A model generated the notes under the pieces. That model had not been told where the DNA came from. It worked only from the letters and a program-made list of their open reading frames with translations, and did not search any database. A stretch of 64,000 nt of DNA from Scyliorhinus canicula (lineage: Eukaryota), in assembly GCF_902713615.1 (NCBI RefSeq), contig NC_052162.1:123962653-124026652 (forward strand), written 5' to 3'. Positions within the stretch are counted from its first letter, which is position 1. Every line of letters begins with the position of its first letter. The position numbers and the translations under genes were made by a program. This document shows, one piece after another, positions 47,343 to 61,500 of this stretch.

Positions 47343-50084
47343 CATGCCTAATTTTAATGGGACTAATTTTCGTCCCATTGCCCCATACTGCTGGATTTGT
47401 TCACTTCCACAAACCAGTTTCTCCAATTAGGGCATCAGCAGTCACAACTTTAAAAAATATATTGAAAGTAAAAGAGTTGAAAAATTGAACAATTCCAATA
47501 ATCTATTCCGATTGAAGCAAATTGGATCTGAATAACGAGTCTAATTCTGTACCTTCAGTGCCTTCTACTGGCCAGTTCCTCAATGTTTCGTCATTCAGTC
47601 ACTGAAGGTTTGGGTTGCCAAAGGTTATGTTGCTGGGATAGTAATTTGGAAAGCACAAATTTATGAGACATGAGTTCACATCCCACCATTGACGGCTCCA
47701 ATTGTGAAAATTACACTCCATTAATTTGTTATAAATTCAGGTATAAAAAGCTTGTATCAGTAATGGTGCAAAGGAAACTCCTGTTTTGTTATACAAACAC
47801 ACCTGGTTCACTCGTGGTCCTCTGAGGAAGGAAATCTACCATCCTTACCTGGTCTGGCCTGCGTGTGACTTCAAAGCAACAGTAAAGTGCTTGACTTTTA
47901 ACTGCCCTCTGAAATGGCCGAGCAAGCCACTTAGTTGTAGGCAAGAAGGTGGCTCAACACCAACTTCTGAAGGGCAAATAGAGATGGGCAATACATATTG
48001 ACTTTGCCAGTGATATTCATGTTCTGGGAATTAAGGCAAACAGTGAATTTGCGGGTGCGTTGTTGGTCAAATTGTTGATAGACAAGGCAGTCAAAGGTAA
48101 TGGGGTGGGGGGTGTATGGCAAAGTGGAGTTAAGACCACAACTGGGTCTTAATCTGGCTGGGTATCATGGTGTGAAACCAAGTGGCAAAAGGTTCAGAAT
48201 TTGTTCGGGCAGCTCGCCTGGTCTGGGGGGAGAGGGAGAAAATAGGGGGAGGTGAGGGGGAATGTGAAAGAACTGTATACTATGGGCACCGCTTGGTGAG
48301 GAATATGCTGTTGTTAAATTAATCAACCCTGGAAGGTAGAGGGCTTCCTTGATTGTACCTTTGTGACTTGCCCCTCTTAAATAAACCCGGGGTTTTCATT
48401 CCCTCAGTCCTATTGCCCATGTGCGCACTCCAACTGGCAAGCAGTATTTTCTCCCCCCTCCTGCCCTGCTCAGCGAGCACGCTCCCCTGGAATTGTGTCC
48501 ATGTCGATGACTAAGGGACTGCCCCAGTTCTGCTGTGGCCACAGGGTTCTTATCTCGTAATCATGGGAATCTATAGGGAAGGGAATGCTGGTGGCCTTCA
48601 TGCTGGAGCCTTTACTCAGTCGGAATTCTGATTGTTCTGATGTTTGACCTTCAGGTGTTAGTGAAGTTCTGACAAAGCAGGCTCACCCCCCCCCCCCCCC
48701 CCCCCCCCCCTCCCCTTCCGCACACACTTTCTCCTCCTCCCACATAAGTCATTGGGGCACGCCTGCCACTTTCCGAGTTCTGACTGTGTTTTATGTTCTG
48801 TTCCTGGTGTCTGGAGATTGATCGTTGTGCTTGGCTAGCTCTGCTGTCTCTGTTCACTCTGCTCTGGGTTCCCTATGCTCTCCTCTTTTGCTCTTTTCCC
48901 CCACACCACACCATCCCCAGAGCAAAATGGGGACTCTATAACACTTTGCACCATTGCAGCAACTTGTGTTATTCTTCTTTAGGTTTTTTTTTCTTGCACA
49001 AATCTCAATCACGTGTTGTAATAACTGATACCTTCAACAACCCTATCCACCCCCACCCCCCATCTCGTTCTGATTCTAATCACTATTTGAATAAATGCTT
49101 TTGGTATATTGATACTATTGAATTTCTTCAGACCTGTCACACAAACGTGGACCTTTCCCTCCAGCTTTCTGCTCCTGATACCATGACTATCTTGGGTGAG
49201 TGGGGGTAGCTGCATGATGATGTTTCAGTTCACAGTTCCCCTGGAGTTCTATGGTTTCCCAAAATTAGAACCATGGACATGAAGAAAGTGCGCAGGTTTT
49301 AATGATGCAGTCCTAGTTGATTTCGTCCCCGATCAAAATAATACCTGCGTCCAAATGTGAATTTGGCAAAATCACTAATTGACTTAATCTTTCCCACTGT
49401 TGTCCCAAATGATGAGCTGACTCTCAGCTGGCAAGCTGAACAGTCGGTTCTGTATGTGGGCTGAGTGGTTTGATCGTTCTCTGTTAACACGGCGGCTGAC
49501 GTGCACAGTAGGGGGAAAAGGTTGACGCTATCCTGAGGGAGGGAAAAAGCCCTGGGTGGAAACGGACAAATTGGTCAGTATCCTAATGCGTTTCTGCATT
49601 TAAAAATGTTGGGTTTTTTTTAGTTACATTCCAAGGATGTGCAATTCCGATTTGTTCTTTTCAGTCTGTTGTCCACTGGAGAACTCGGTAAGCGCTGAAA
49701 TAATAAATTGAAATCACTTTTTGACTGAACAAACATGCAGTTGAACTCTAGGTGACCTCTGATAGTGAGTGTGGAGCGGATTCTGACCTTGTGTCTGTAT
49801 ATCTGGTAGCTGCCTTCCTGCGTTTTTTTACTGACAGTATTCTGTACAGCTTGAGCAGCTGGGAGACCGCAAACACTGACTTTTCGGAGACCATAGACGC
49901 CAGCCAGCCGATGCCACTCAAAACGTCCAAAAGCGAGGTGGACAACTCCTTGGCCGAAGACGACAGCACCAGGGATTCGGAGAGCAGTACACCAGATGGT
50001 AGGTATCAGCCTCTATACCCGTACCCGGGCTCGCCGCCGAAGCCCACAGTTGCACAGGGTGAAACCAGTCAAATCCCAGAGGAC

Positions 50085-53000
50085 GGGAGGTGAGTTGTAA
50101 GTTTAAATTACTTACCTTTGCAGGGGTTGCCGTCAGTTGGATTTCGGCGGGAGCTGGGACACATCAGCTGGTGAGTAGATTTGTAAATTTCATTGCAGGA
50201 GCAGCGGCCAGCCATTGGATACCGGCTATCGGGAGGTGAGTTGTAAGTTTAAATTACTTACCTTTGCAGGAAACAGGAAGTTTGTCCCGCGGACTTCTGG
50301 GAAGGTTTACCCCTCCCTAGTCAATAAATTCTGGTGGAGAGGAAACCAGAGACACTACACGTGTAGTGTCTCCCACCCGCCCTCCTCCTCTAACCTAATA
50401 ATAAGACCCATTGGGGTGAGCAGGTGAGTGCCTTATTACATTATTATTTTTCTTTTTCTTATTTGTTAACCAGAATTAGGTTGGAAAAGACTATAGCAGA
50501 GGTATCCAAGTTTTTTTTTAACTGAAATTTATACAAAGTAATAAAGTAATTAACTAATCAGAGATGGCTGGGCAGGTGATGTGCTGTAGCTGTATGATGT
50601 GGGAGCTGGCTGTTCCCCTTGTGAATGGCAATGACCACATCTGCAGCAAGTGTTGGTTGCTGGAAGAACTCCGGCTCAGAGTTGATGATCTGGAATCTGA
50701 GCTTCAAACACTGCGGCACATCCGGGAGGGGGAGAGTTACCTGGACACTTTGTTTCAGGAGGCAGTCACACCTGGGAGATTAAGTAATTCACATTCAGTA
50801 AGTGATCAGGGACTTCAGAGTGTGACTGTAAGTGAGGCAGGCAGGGGGAACCTGAGTTCAGGAGCCTCAGCCCTTGACCTTGTCCAACAGGTATGAGACT
50901 CTTGCTCCCTGTATGGATGAGGAAAAGGGCTCTGGACAGGATGAGCCAGCTGACCACGGTACCATGGTGCAGAAGGCCATTCAAGAGGGGGGAGTAAAAA
51001 GACAGGTAGTTGTTATAGGGGATTCTATAATTAGGGGGACAGATAGTATCCTATGCAAGCCGGATCGGGAGTCTCGCATGGTGTGTTGCCTGCCCGATGC
51101 CAGGGTGCGGGACATCTCTGACCGGCTTGAAAGGATATTGGAGCGGGAGGGGGAGGATCCAGTTGTTGTGGTTCACGTTGGGACTAACAACATAGGTAAA
51201 GCTAGGGTGGAGGACCTGTTCGGGGACTATCAAGCACTAGGAAGAAAATTGAAATACAGGTCCTCAAGGGTCATAATCTCCGGATTACTGCCCGAGCCAC
51301 GTGCCAATTGGCATAGGGATAAGAAAATTAGGGAAGTAAACACGTGGCTAAGGGATTGGTGTGGGAAAGAGGGATTCCACTTCATGGGACATTGGCATCA
51401 GTTTTTGAACCGGGGGGATCTGTACCGTTGGGACGGTCTCCACCTGAACCGATCTGGAACCAGTGTTCTAGCGAAGAGGATAAGTCAGTAGGACTTTAAA
51501 CTTCTGAGTTGGGGGGAAGGGAAAGTGAAAGCGACAGGGAGCATGGAGTTAAATGGCAAGATACGCAGGAGGATAACATGTAGGCAGGTGGATTTAAGCT
51601 TGAGGCAGACTAGGAATTCAACAAAAAGGAAGGATAACTTTGGACATCTTAGGACTTCCAATATCTGTAATGATAAGAAAGTTAGCATTAAGGCACTTTA
51701 CCTGAATGCTCGTAGCATTTGTAACAAAGTAGACGAACTAATGGCACAGATCATCGTGAATGATTATGATGTGGTAGGCATCACAGAGACATTGCTGCAG
51801 GGGGTTCAGGACTGGCAGTTAACCATACAAGGATATACAACCTATCGAAAAGACAGGGAGGTGGGCCGAGGGGGTGGGGTTGCCTTGTTAGTTAAGAACA
51901 AAATTAAATCTATGGCACTAAACGGCATAGGGTTGGATGATGTGGAGTCTGTGTGGGTAGAATTGAGGAACCACAAAGGCAACAAAACCATAATGGGAGT
52001 TATGTACAGACCTCGTAACAGTGGTCAGCACCAGGGGCGCAACATGTACCGGGAAATAGAAAAGGCATGTCAGAAAGGCAAGGTCACGGTGATCATGGGG
52101 GACTTCAATATGCAGGTGGATTGGGTAAATAACGTAGCCAGTGGATCCAAAGAAAAGGAATTCATGGAATGCTTACAAGATGGCTTTTTGGAACAGCTTG
52201 TCATGGAGCCCACAAGGGAGCAGGCTATTCTGGACCTAGTGCTATGTAATGAACCAGACTTTATAAAAGATCTTAAAGTAAGGGAACACTTAGGAAGCAG
52301 CGATCATAATATGGTTGAGTTCAGTCTGCAGTTTGAAACAGAGAAGGCAAAATCGGATGTAATGGTGTTACAGTTAAATAAAGGTAATTACGAGGGCATG
52401 AGAGATGAACTGGCGAAAATCGACTGGAAGCAGACCCTAGTGGGGAAGACAGTAGAGCAAAAATGGCAGGAGTTTGTATGCATAATTGAGGACACTGTAT
52501 AGAGGTTCATCCCCAAGAAAAGAAAGATTATCCGGGGAGGGATTAGACAGCCATGGCTGACAAAGGAGGTCAGGAAATGTATCAAAGAAAAAGAGAGATC
52601 CTATAAAGTTGCCAAAAGCACTGGGAAATCAGAAGATTGGGAAGGCTACAAAAACAAACAGAGGTGAACAAAGAGACAAATAAGGAAGGAGAGGATCAAA
52701 TATGAAGGCAGGCTAGCCAGTAATACAAGAAATGATAGTAAAAGTTTCTTTCAATACATAAGAAACAAACGACAGGCCAAAGTAGACATTGGGCCAATTC
52801 AAACTGATTCTGGAAGGCTAGTGATGGGAGAAGAGGAAATGGCTGGAGAACTTAATAAGTACTTTGCGTCTGTCTTCACAGTGGAAGACATGAGTAATAT
52901 CCCAAAAATTATAAAGGGTCAGGGGGCTGAGTTGAGTATGGTTGCCATTACAAAAGAGATGGTGCTAAAAAAGCTAAAAGGTCTTAAAATTGACAAATCT

Positions 53001-54570
53001 CCTGGCCCCAATGGGCTACATCCTAGAGTTCTGAGGGAGGTGGCTGAAGAAATAGTGGAAGCGTTGGTTGAGATCTTTCAAAAATCACTGGAGTCAGGGA
53101 AAGTCCCGTACGATTGGAAGATCGCTGTTGTAACCCCCTTGTTCAAGAAAGAATCAAGACAAAAGATGGAAAATTATAGGCCAATTAGCCTCACCTCAGT
53201 TGTTGGTAAAATTCTAGAATCGATCGTTAAGGATGAGATTTCTAAATTCTTGGAAGAGCAGGGTCAGATTAGAACAAGTCAACATGGATTTAGTAAGGGG
53301 AGGTCGTGCCTGACGAACCTGTTAGAATTCTTTGAGGAGGTGACAAGTAGGTTAGACCAGGGAAACCCAGTGGATGTGGTCTATCTGGATTTCCAAAAGG
53401 CCTTTGATAAGGTGCCACACAGGAGGCTGCTGAGTAAGGTGAGGGCCCATGGTGTTCGAGGTGAGCTACTGGCATGGGTTGAGGATTGGCTGTCTGACAG
53501 AAGGCAGAGAGTTGGGATAAAAGGTTATTTTTCGGAATGGCAGCCGGTGACCAGTGGTGTCCCACAGGGTTCAGTGTTGGGGCCGCAGCTGTTCACCATA
53601 TATATTAATGATCTGGATGAAGGGACTGGGGGCATTCTAGCGAAGTTTGCCGATGATACGAAGTTAGGTGGTCAGGCAGGTAGTGCTGAGGAAGTGGGGA
53701 GGCTGCAGAAGGATCTAGACAGTTTGGGAGAGTGGTGCAGGAAATGGCTGATGCAATTCAATGTGAGAAAATTTGAGGTCTTGCACTTTGGAAAAAAGAA
53801 TCCAAGCATAGACTACTTTCTAAACGGTGAGAAAATTCATAATGCCAAAGTACAAAGGGATCTGGGAGTGCTAGTCGAGGATTCCCTAAAGGTAAACATG
53901 CAGGTTGAATCCGTGATTAAGAAAGCAAATGCAATGTTGTCATTTATCTCAAGAGGGTTGGAATATAAAAGCAGCGATGTGCTACTGAGCCTTTATAAGG
54001 CTCTGGTTAGGCCCCATTTGGAGTACTGTGTCCAGTTTTGGGCCCCACATCTCAGGAAGGACATACTGGCACTGGAGCGTGTCCAGCGGAGATTCACACG
54101 GATGATCCCTGGAATGGCGGGTCTAACATATGAGGAACGGCTGAGGATCCTGGGATTGTATTCATTGGAGTTTAGAAGGTTAAGGGAAGATCTAATAGAA
54201 ACTTACAAGATAATACATGGCTTAGAAAGGGTGGACGCAAAGAAACTGTTTCCGTTAGGCGAGGAGACGAGGACCCGTGGGCACAGCCTTAGAATTAGAG
54301 GGGGTAAATTCAGAACAGAAATGCGGAGACATTTCTTCAGCCAGAGAGTGGTGGGCCTGTGGAATTCATTGCCGCGGAGTGCAGTGGAGGCCGGGACGCT
54401 AAATGGCTTCAAGGCAGAGATAGATAAATTCTTGATGTCGCGAGGAATTAAGGGCTACGGGGAGAATGCTGGTAGGTGGAGTTGAAATGCCCATCAGCCA
54501 TGATTGAATGGCGGAGTGGACTCGATGGGCCGAATGGCCTTACTTCCACTCCTATGTCTTATGGTTTTAT
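50085..54570 (+). mobile_element. Near full-length CR1 LINE: 5'UTR, ORF1 (Zn-finger/leucine zipper + SGNH esterase), ORF2 (APE + RT), tail
   Basis: ORF1 has CxSCxM..CSKC, VIGDSII, VHVGTNN and DGLHLN, with a frameshift near 50875. ORF2 has LYLNARS, GITET, MGDFN, SDHN, YLDFQKAFDKV, GVPQGSVLGP and KFADD, with stops at 52500 and ~52665. GGAC flanks both ends; the empty site is at 44772. Confidence 0.95.
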
Positions 54571-55479
54571 GGACACTTTGGACGAATCCAGGCAACTCAC
54601 AGCACAAAGTCTTGTAGAAGATGAAGGAAGCATTTCAAATCTTCCTCTGGGTACCTAACAAAATGGAGGCACTGTGAACTATATAATAAATTAATTATTT
54701 TTCTGGTATCAAAGCACACAAATCAGCTGTTGCTTTCAGGTCAAGCAGCTGGGATCTTCACTATGAGCCGGTTGAGGAGGCAGGAGGAACAGACAACTTG
54801 GCCAGTGGCAGCCGCAACAATAAGCAACTAAAAAGGAAAAACAAAAATGAACAGTGAGGTGATTTTTTTCCCCTCTCTCTGGGCGAGAGGGGGGAATATT
54901 TTTTTTTGGTAAAAAAATAAAGGAGGTCGCTGACGAGCTACGGTGCCAAACAAAACCTGAGGAAGGAATAAGGAAAAGCGGACAGAGTCGGGAAGAAATA
55001 TAAGGAAACCAGCTTCGGAGAGCAAGTTTCTCTTTCTCTTTTTTTAAATAATACCTTGCTGCAAAAATTATCACGGAGAAGAAAAAAAAGGTTTGAAATG
55101 TAGCCAGGGAAGAGAGTGCATGTGGCAAAGGAAGAGAACGTGGTCGCTGGTCTGCTGAGAGCTGTCGCTCGAACTGGAAAGGGTTAAAAAGTTGTATGGT
55201 GGCAATGAGTCGAGCACTGCACTGGACTAGATGGAGGACACAAGAAATCAAACGGCTTTTTAATTGAATTGGAAGCTGTCAGCAGCATGACGGGATTTTT
55301 ATTCGGGTACAAAAACAGTTTAAAGGGTTCGTCGATCCTTTTTCATTTAAAAAGTGATCTGTATTTTTCTTAGACGAATATTTTTAGCAATTATTTTACC
55401 CAATTTGACTTGTGATTGTGTGAGCCTTGGATTTAACCATGTCAACTGCTGCCCTTGATATTTGCGCGTCTGTTATATA

Positions 55480-56760
55480 CATATATGTTGTAAGGGGGTT
55501 TGGGGGGGAACCTGAGCAGGGGGACCCCAGCACCCCAGAGTGGGTGTTTTCACTTGTGGGAGTTTGGGGTACTGTCCATGTGTGTGGGGTTGACATTGCC
55601 CATGAGTGGAGGGTATGGGGGACCCACAGCTGTCTGAGAGATCAGGGCACCCCTTTAAAATGGCAGCCTGATCTCGGAGTTCAGCTCCCCAGTGCTAAAA
55701 ACATTCTGCACAGGATTCTACATCCGCCAGCCAGTCAATGGGGTTTCCCAGTGTGGGCAACCCCACGCCGTCGGAAAATGCCCGGGCGCGAGAGCGCTTC
55801 CGGCGTTACGGAGAATCCTTGCAACGGAGAATCCCACCCCCTAAGGGCAGGACTCTCTGGCTACGTCCGCCTGGCGACTGGAGCATCCCGCCTGAGGACA
55901 ATGGACTTTTCCATTGTACCCGGCCCGACCGTGGCATTCGTGGCCCTCAGTGTGGGCTAAACCGGTGAGAAACTCCCCGGGGCACGAAACAGTGGCGAAG
56001 TGACATTGAATATCAGTGGGGAGCTCGCTGGCAGAGCCGGAGGGAAATTCCCTGAAAAACGTGCCACAAATTAACTTAGGGCATGATATTCCGGCCTCGT
56101 TATGCTCTCGCTCAAGCATAACATGGCCGGAGAATAGCGGGTGAGGCCAAAAAGGGGAACCACGCCAGGCACCAAACAGTTTGTGATGTAACCGGCCGGC
56201 TCCCGTAGGTGGATTTAGAATCTCACCGTAGTGGCAGAAACCAATTATCACCACTTAAGGCCCATTTCCACACAATTAACCAGAGCCACCTGTCATCCAA
56301 CGTCCTCCTGTCATTCACCGGCAAGTGGTCACGCTGGCGCCGATTGGTACTCCTTTTTAAAAATGGGAACCTGATGGAAGGGCTTCCGTGGGGAGCCGAG
56401 GAGGGGAGTAGCAATCTTTGTGTCAAGGCAAAGGGACCGGGGGTGCTTGCTTTGCCACCCCAGTGCTTGGCCGGGGGGGTCGGGGACAACAAGAGACTCA
56501 GTTTTCTTTCCAAGTGGGAGAGCTTAATAAGTGATAATAGTTAAAAGCAGAGCAGCCTTGTCTCGAGACAAGGAAAATGCTGGAACAACCCAGTTGAAGC
56601 AGCCATTTGAAGACATTCAGATAGAGCCTGAAGGGGTTCTCACAAGAGACGCCGGGTGGGAGAATCGCGGGAGGGCCGCTCTAGCACCCCCCGCGATTCT
56701 CCCAACCCCCCCCCCCCCCAAAATGGCGTGTCGTGTTTTGCGACAGGCCGCTCGGAGAAT
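55480..56760. mobile_element. Cluster of GC-rich Harbinger-type MITE fragments
   Basis: Short inverted repeats such as GGGAGAATCGCGGG...CCCGCGATTCTCCC (56658-56703); adjacent to the Myb-like ORF. Confidence 0.45.
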
Positions 56761-56764
56761 CTTC

Positions 56765-57280
56765 AACGGTTCCCCTGTATATATGGCCAACGTGGCCCTG
56801 GTGTCTGGCAGGGCCCGGGGCAAGATGCCCATCCGGAGATGCCGGAATGTTTATTCCCTGACGATGGAGACGTCAGCTCCCATATCCGCCTCTATTTCTA
56901 GGGAATGGCCATTGACCAAGAGTGTTATCTTTAACAGGGAAAACGTAGGGAGGATGATGCAGTTTAGTATTGCTTATTCTGACAGCTTTGACTGGCTCAT
57001 GTTTTTTGGCCACACTTAAAGCAATCTTGCGGCTGACATTTGGCGTCCTCCCAGAAGGTTTGCCCAGTACTTCTAGGGTTTTGTGTCTGTCTTTTGAGAT
57101 GCCAGAATGTCCTTGCTGAATGTTGAGTTGATGGTGAGTGTGGCGCATGAGAGCTTTCATTGGGAATTCTATCCTGGTATTCCCAGGGATCATCCCAACC
57201 GTGTTGAATTGGTAACGCTGCAGGTTTACGGACAGTTTAGGGTCGTAATGTTTCTTTCCTAAATCCACAAGATCGTTGAA
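56765..57280 (-). mobile_element. Ty3/Gypsy gag-protease fragment
   Basis: FNDLVDLGKKHYDPKLSVNLQRYQFN is gag-like; EIEADMGADVSIV is a degenerate DTGA protease motif. Confidence 0.6.
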
Positions 57281-57790
57281 CGTCTGGGCCCTTTCTCGCC
57301 TGTTATGGGCCACCTTCTCCTGTGGGGACAGAGAGGACAATGTGAGCCACATAAAAGCTTCAGTGCGGCGGAAGGGGGCGCTGTTGCGGGTGACAGGCAT
57401 GGGCACCGCTGCTGGTGATGGGTGGGGTGCGCAGGTTGGTGCCAGGGTGTGCTGGGGGTGGGGGTGCTGTGCAAACCACAGGGCCGTGGAGATAAGGGGG
57501 TGCAGCTGCGGTGTCGTGTGAGACTGGAGCGAGGTGGTGGATGCTAACTCACCCCTGCTGCCCGATGGAAGTCGCTGATCTTCTTGCGGCATTGGGTGTC
57601 GGTCCTCCTGGTGACACTCCCCGAGCTGATGGCCGCTGCCACTGCCTCCCAGGCGGCACTGGCTGACCTTTGGCTAACCCTCCAACCACTTGGAGGAACA
57701 ATCTATCCTGTGTGGACTCCACCATGTTCAATAGTCTGGTGAGGTCGGCATCCCTGAATCGCTGTGCAGGTCTCCTTGGCTGCATGCTGT
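57281..57790 (-). mobile_element. PIF/Harbinger Myb/SANT gene fragment with an intron
   Basis: RFRDADLTRLLNMVE...QCRKKISDFHRAA, donor GTGAGT (~57552), acceptor ccccacAG then EKVAHNRRERAQT. Confidence 0.7.
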
Positions 57791-58516
57791 CTGGGGTTTG
57801 CTCTGTGAAATGTGTGAACGTCGTGAGCTTTTGTCCTCTAGAAAATGAGTGAAGAATTGATAATGGAAAATAAGGAGCTGGCTGATGAATTGAACAGAAT
57901 TGTATCATTGTTCATCAGAAAGGATACAAGTAACTTTAGGGGTTGCCCATTTAAGGAAGATTTGAGAAGAGGTATTTTCTCTCAGAGCGGGATGTATCAT
58001 TGGAACACTCTTCCTCAAAAGGCAGCAGAAGCAGTCGTTGAATATATTTACAGCTAACTGGATAGATTCTTGACAAGTAGGAACATGAATGGTTGTTGGG
58101 GGCAGCTGGGAATGTGGTGTTGAGGTTACAATCAGATCAGCCATGATCTTGCTTTTCACCTGATTCTTAAACTGACGTTAGCCACCTTATTTCTGCCTCA
58201 TCTTACACTTCAGTTCCTTTATCATCCTGGGAGCTCAACGAGTTGTCCTGCTTTTCCTTCTTGTCCCAATAAACATTGACGGTCCCTGAAGTATTTAATC
58301 TCTAAAAGGGGAACACTGTTCTCTTACAGTTTTGCTGCCAATCGTTGGTGGCAATTAATCCGGAATAGGCTCGAAATCCCTTGAAATTGGACCCAAGTGT
58401 TTTTATTCTCGATAGTTTCCTGTTCTTTTCCAGAGCTTATCTAATTCTTGCATGTTCTTATTTTCCCTTTTCCCTAAACGTTGCAGAGACCAACAGGAAG
58501 CAGAAAAAGTGCGGCT

Positions 58517-61500
58517 AGAGCAGCGATCGCGAGATCAGCGAGGAGGATAACGGAGCGGTGAGAGCAGCGATCGCTAGATCAGCGAGGAGGATAACGGAGC
58601 GGTGAGAGCAGCGATCGCTAGATCAGCGAGGAGGATAACGGAGCGGTGAGGCAGCTATTGCTAGATCAGCGAGGAGGATAACGGAGCGGTGAGAGCAGCG
58701 ATCGCTAGATCAGAGAGGAGGATAACGGAGCTGTGAGAGCAGCGATCGCTAGATCAGCGAGGAGGATAACGGAGCGATGAGAGCAGCGATCGCTAGATCA
58801 GCGAGGATAACAGAGCGGTGAGAGCAGCGATCGCTAGATCACCGAGGAGGATAACGGAGCGGTGAGACAGCGATCGCTAGATCAGCGAGGAGGATAACGG
58901 AGCGGTGAGACAGCGATCGCTAGATCAGCGAGGAGGATAACGGAGCGGTGAGAGCAGCGATCGCTAGATCAGCGAGGAGGATAACGGAGCGGTGAGACAG
59001 CGATCGCTAGATCAGCGAGGAGGATAACGGAGCGGTGGGAGCAGCGATCGCTAGATCAGCAAGGAGGATAACGGAGCGGTGAGACAGCGATTGCTAGATC
59101 AGTGAGGAGGGTAACGGAGCGGTGAGAGCAGCGATCGCTAGATCAGAGAGGAGGATAACGGAGCTGTGAGAGCAGCGATCGCTAGATCAGCGAGGAGGAT
59201 AACGGAGCGATGAGAGCAGCGATCGCTAGATCAGCGAGGAGGATAACGGAGCTGTGAGAGCAGCGATCGCTAGATCAGCAAGGAGGATAACGGAGCGATG
59301 AGAGCAGCGATCGCTAGATCAGCGAGGAGGATAACGGAGCGGTGAGAGCAGCGATCGCTAGATCAGCGAGGAGGATAACGGAGCGGTGAGAGCAGCGATC
59401 GCTAGATCAGCGAGGAGGATAACGGAGCGGTGAGAGCAGGGATCGCTAGATCAGCGAGGAGGATAACGGAGCTGTGAGAGCAGCGATCGCTAGATCAGCG
59501 AGGAGGATAACGGAGCGGTGAGACAGCGATCGCTAGATCAGCGAGGAGGATAACGGAGCGGTGGGAGCAGCGATCGCTAGATCACCGAGGAGGATAACGG
59601 AGCAGTGAGACAGCGATCGCTAGATCAGAGAGGAGGATAATGGAGCGGTGAGAGCAGCGATCGCTAGATCAGCGAGGAGGATAACGGAGCGGTGAGAGCA
59701 GCGATCGCTAGATCAGCGAGGAGGATAACGGAGCGGTGAGAGCAGCGATCGCTAGATCAGCGAGGAGGATAACGGAGCGGTGAGAGCAGCGATCGCTAGA
59801 TCAGCGAGGAGGATAACGGAGCGGTGAGAGCAGCGATCGCTAGATCAGTGAGGAGGATAACGGAGCAGTGAGAGCAGCGATCGCTAGATCAGCGAGGAGG
59901 ATAACGGAGCGATGAGAGCAGCGATCGCTAGATCAGCGAGGAGGATAACAGAGCGGTGAGAGCAGCGATCGCTAGATCAGCGAGGAGGATAACAGAGCGG
60001 TGAGAGCAGCGATCGCTAGATCACCGAGGAGGATAACGGAGCGGTGAGACAGCGATTGCTAGATCACCGAGGAGGATAACGGAGCGGTGAGACAGCGATT
60101 GCTAGATCACCGAGGAGGATAACGGAGCGATGAGAGCAGCGATCGCTAGATCAGCGAGGAGGATAACGGAGCGGTGAGAGCAGCGATCGCTAGATCAGCG
60201 AGGAGGATAACGGAGCGGTGAGAGCAGCGATCGCTAGATCAGCGAGGAGGATAACGGAGCGGTGAGACAGCGATCGCTAGATCAGCGAGGAGGATAACGG
60301 AGCGATGAGAGCAGCGATCGCTAGATCAGAGAGGAGGATAACGGAGCTGTGAGAGCAGCGATCGCTAGATCAGCGAGGAGGATAACGGAGCGGTGAGAGC
60401 AGCGATCGCTAGATCAGCGAGGAGGATAACAGAGCGGTGAGAGCAGCGATCGCTAGATCAGCGAGGAGGATAACGGAGCAGCGATCGCTAGATCAGCAAG
60501 GAGGATAACGGAGCGATGAGAGCAGCGATCGCTAGATCAGCGAGGAGGATAACGGAGCGATGAGAGCAGCGATCGCTAGATCAGAGAGGAGGATAACGGA
60601 GCTGTGAGACAGCGATCGCTAGATCAGCGAGGAGGATAACGGAGCGGTGAGACAGCGATCGCTAGATCACCGAGGAGGATAACGGAGCGGTGAGAGCAGC
60701 AATCGCTAGATCAGCGAGGAGGATAACGGAGCGGTGAGAGCAGCGATCGCTAGATCAGCGAGGAGGATAACGGAGCGGTGAGACAGCGATCGCTAGATCA
60801 GCGAGGAGGATAACGGAGCGGTGAGACAGCGATCGCTAGATCAGCGAGGAGGATAACGGAGCGGTGAGACAGCGATCGCTAGATCACCGAGGAGGATAAC
60901 GGAGCGGTGAGAGCAGCGATCGCTAGATCAGAGAGGAGGATAACGGAGCGATGAGAGCAGCGATCGCTAGATCAGCGAGGAGGATAACGGAGCGGTGAGA
61001 GCAGCGATCGCTAGATCAGCGAGGAGGATAACGGAGCGATGAGAGCAGCGATCGCTAGATCAGCGAGGAGGATAACGGAGCGGTGAGACAGCGATCGCTA
61101 GATCACCGAGGAGGATAACGGAGCGATGAGAGCAGCGATCGCTAGATCAGCAAGGAGGATAACGGAGCGGTGAGAGCAGCGATCGCTAGATCAGCGAGGA
61201 GGATAACGGAGCGGTGAGACAGCGATTGCTAGATCAGCGAGGAGGATAACGGAGCGGTGAGACAGCGATCGCTAGATCAGCGAGGAGGATAACGGAGCGG
61301 TGAGAGCAGCGATCGCTAGATCAGCGAGGAGGATAACGGAGCGGTGAGACAGCGATCGCTAGATCAGCGAGGAGGATAACGGAGCGGTGAGACAGCGATC
61401 GCTAGATCAGCGAGGAGGATAACAGAGCGGTGAGAGCAGCGATCGCTAGATCAGCGAGGAGGATAACGGAGCGGTGAGACAGCGATTGCTAGATCAGCGA

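Larger units (their letters stand above)
44871..54610 (+). repeat. Tandem segmental duplication, copy B (with extra sequence and a CR1 insertion)
   Basis: Begins TATTCACTCCCTCTACAATCGACAT like 42001; the PDE4 tail resumes at 49843 and again at 54571. Confidence 0.9.

Noticed and set aside
54736-55330. 171-aa minus-strand ORF or exon
   Set aside because: Low-complexity A-rich sequence with no domain similarity.
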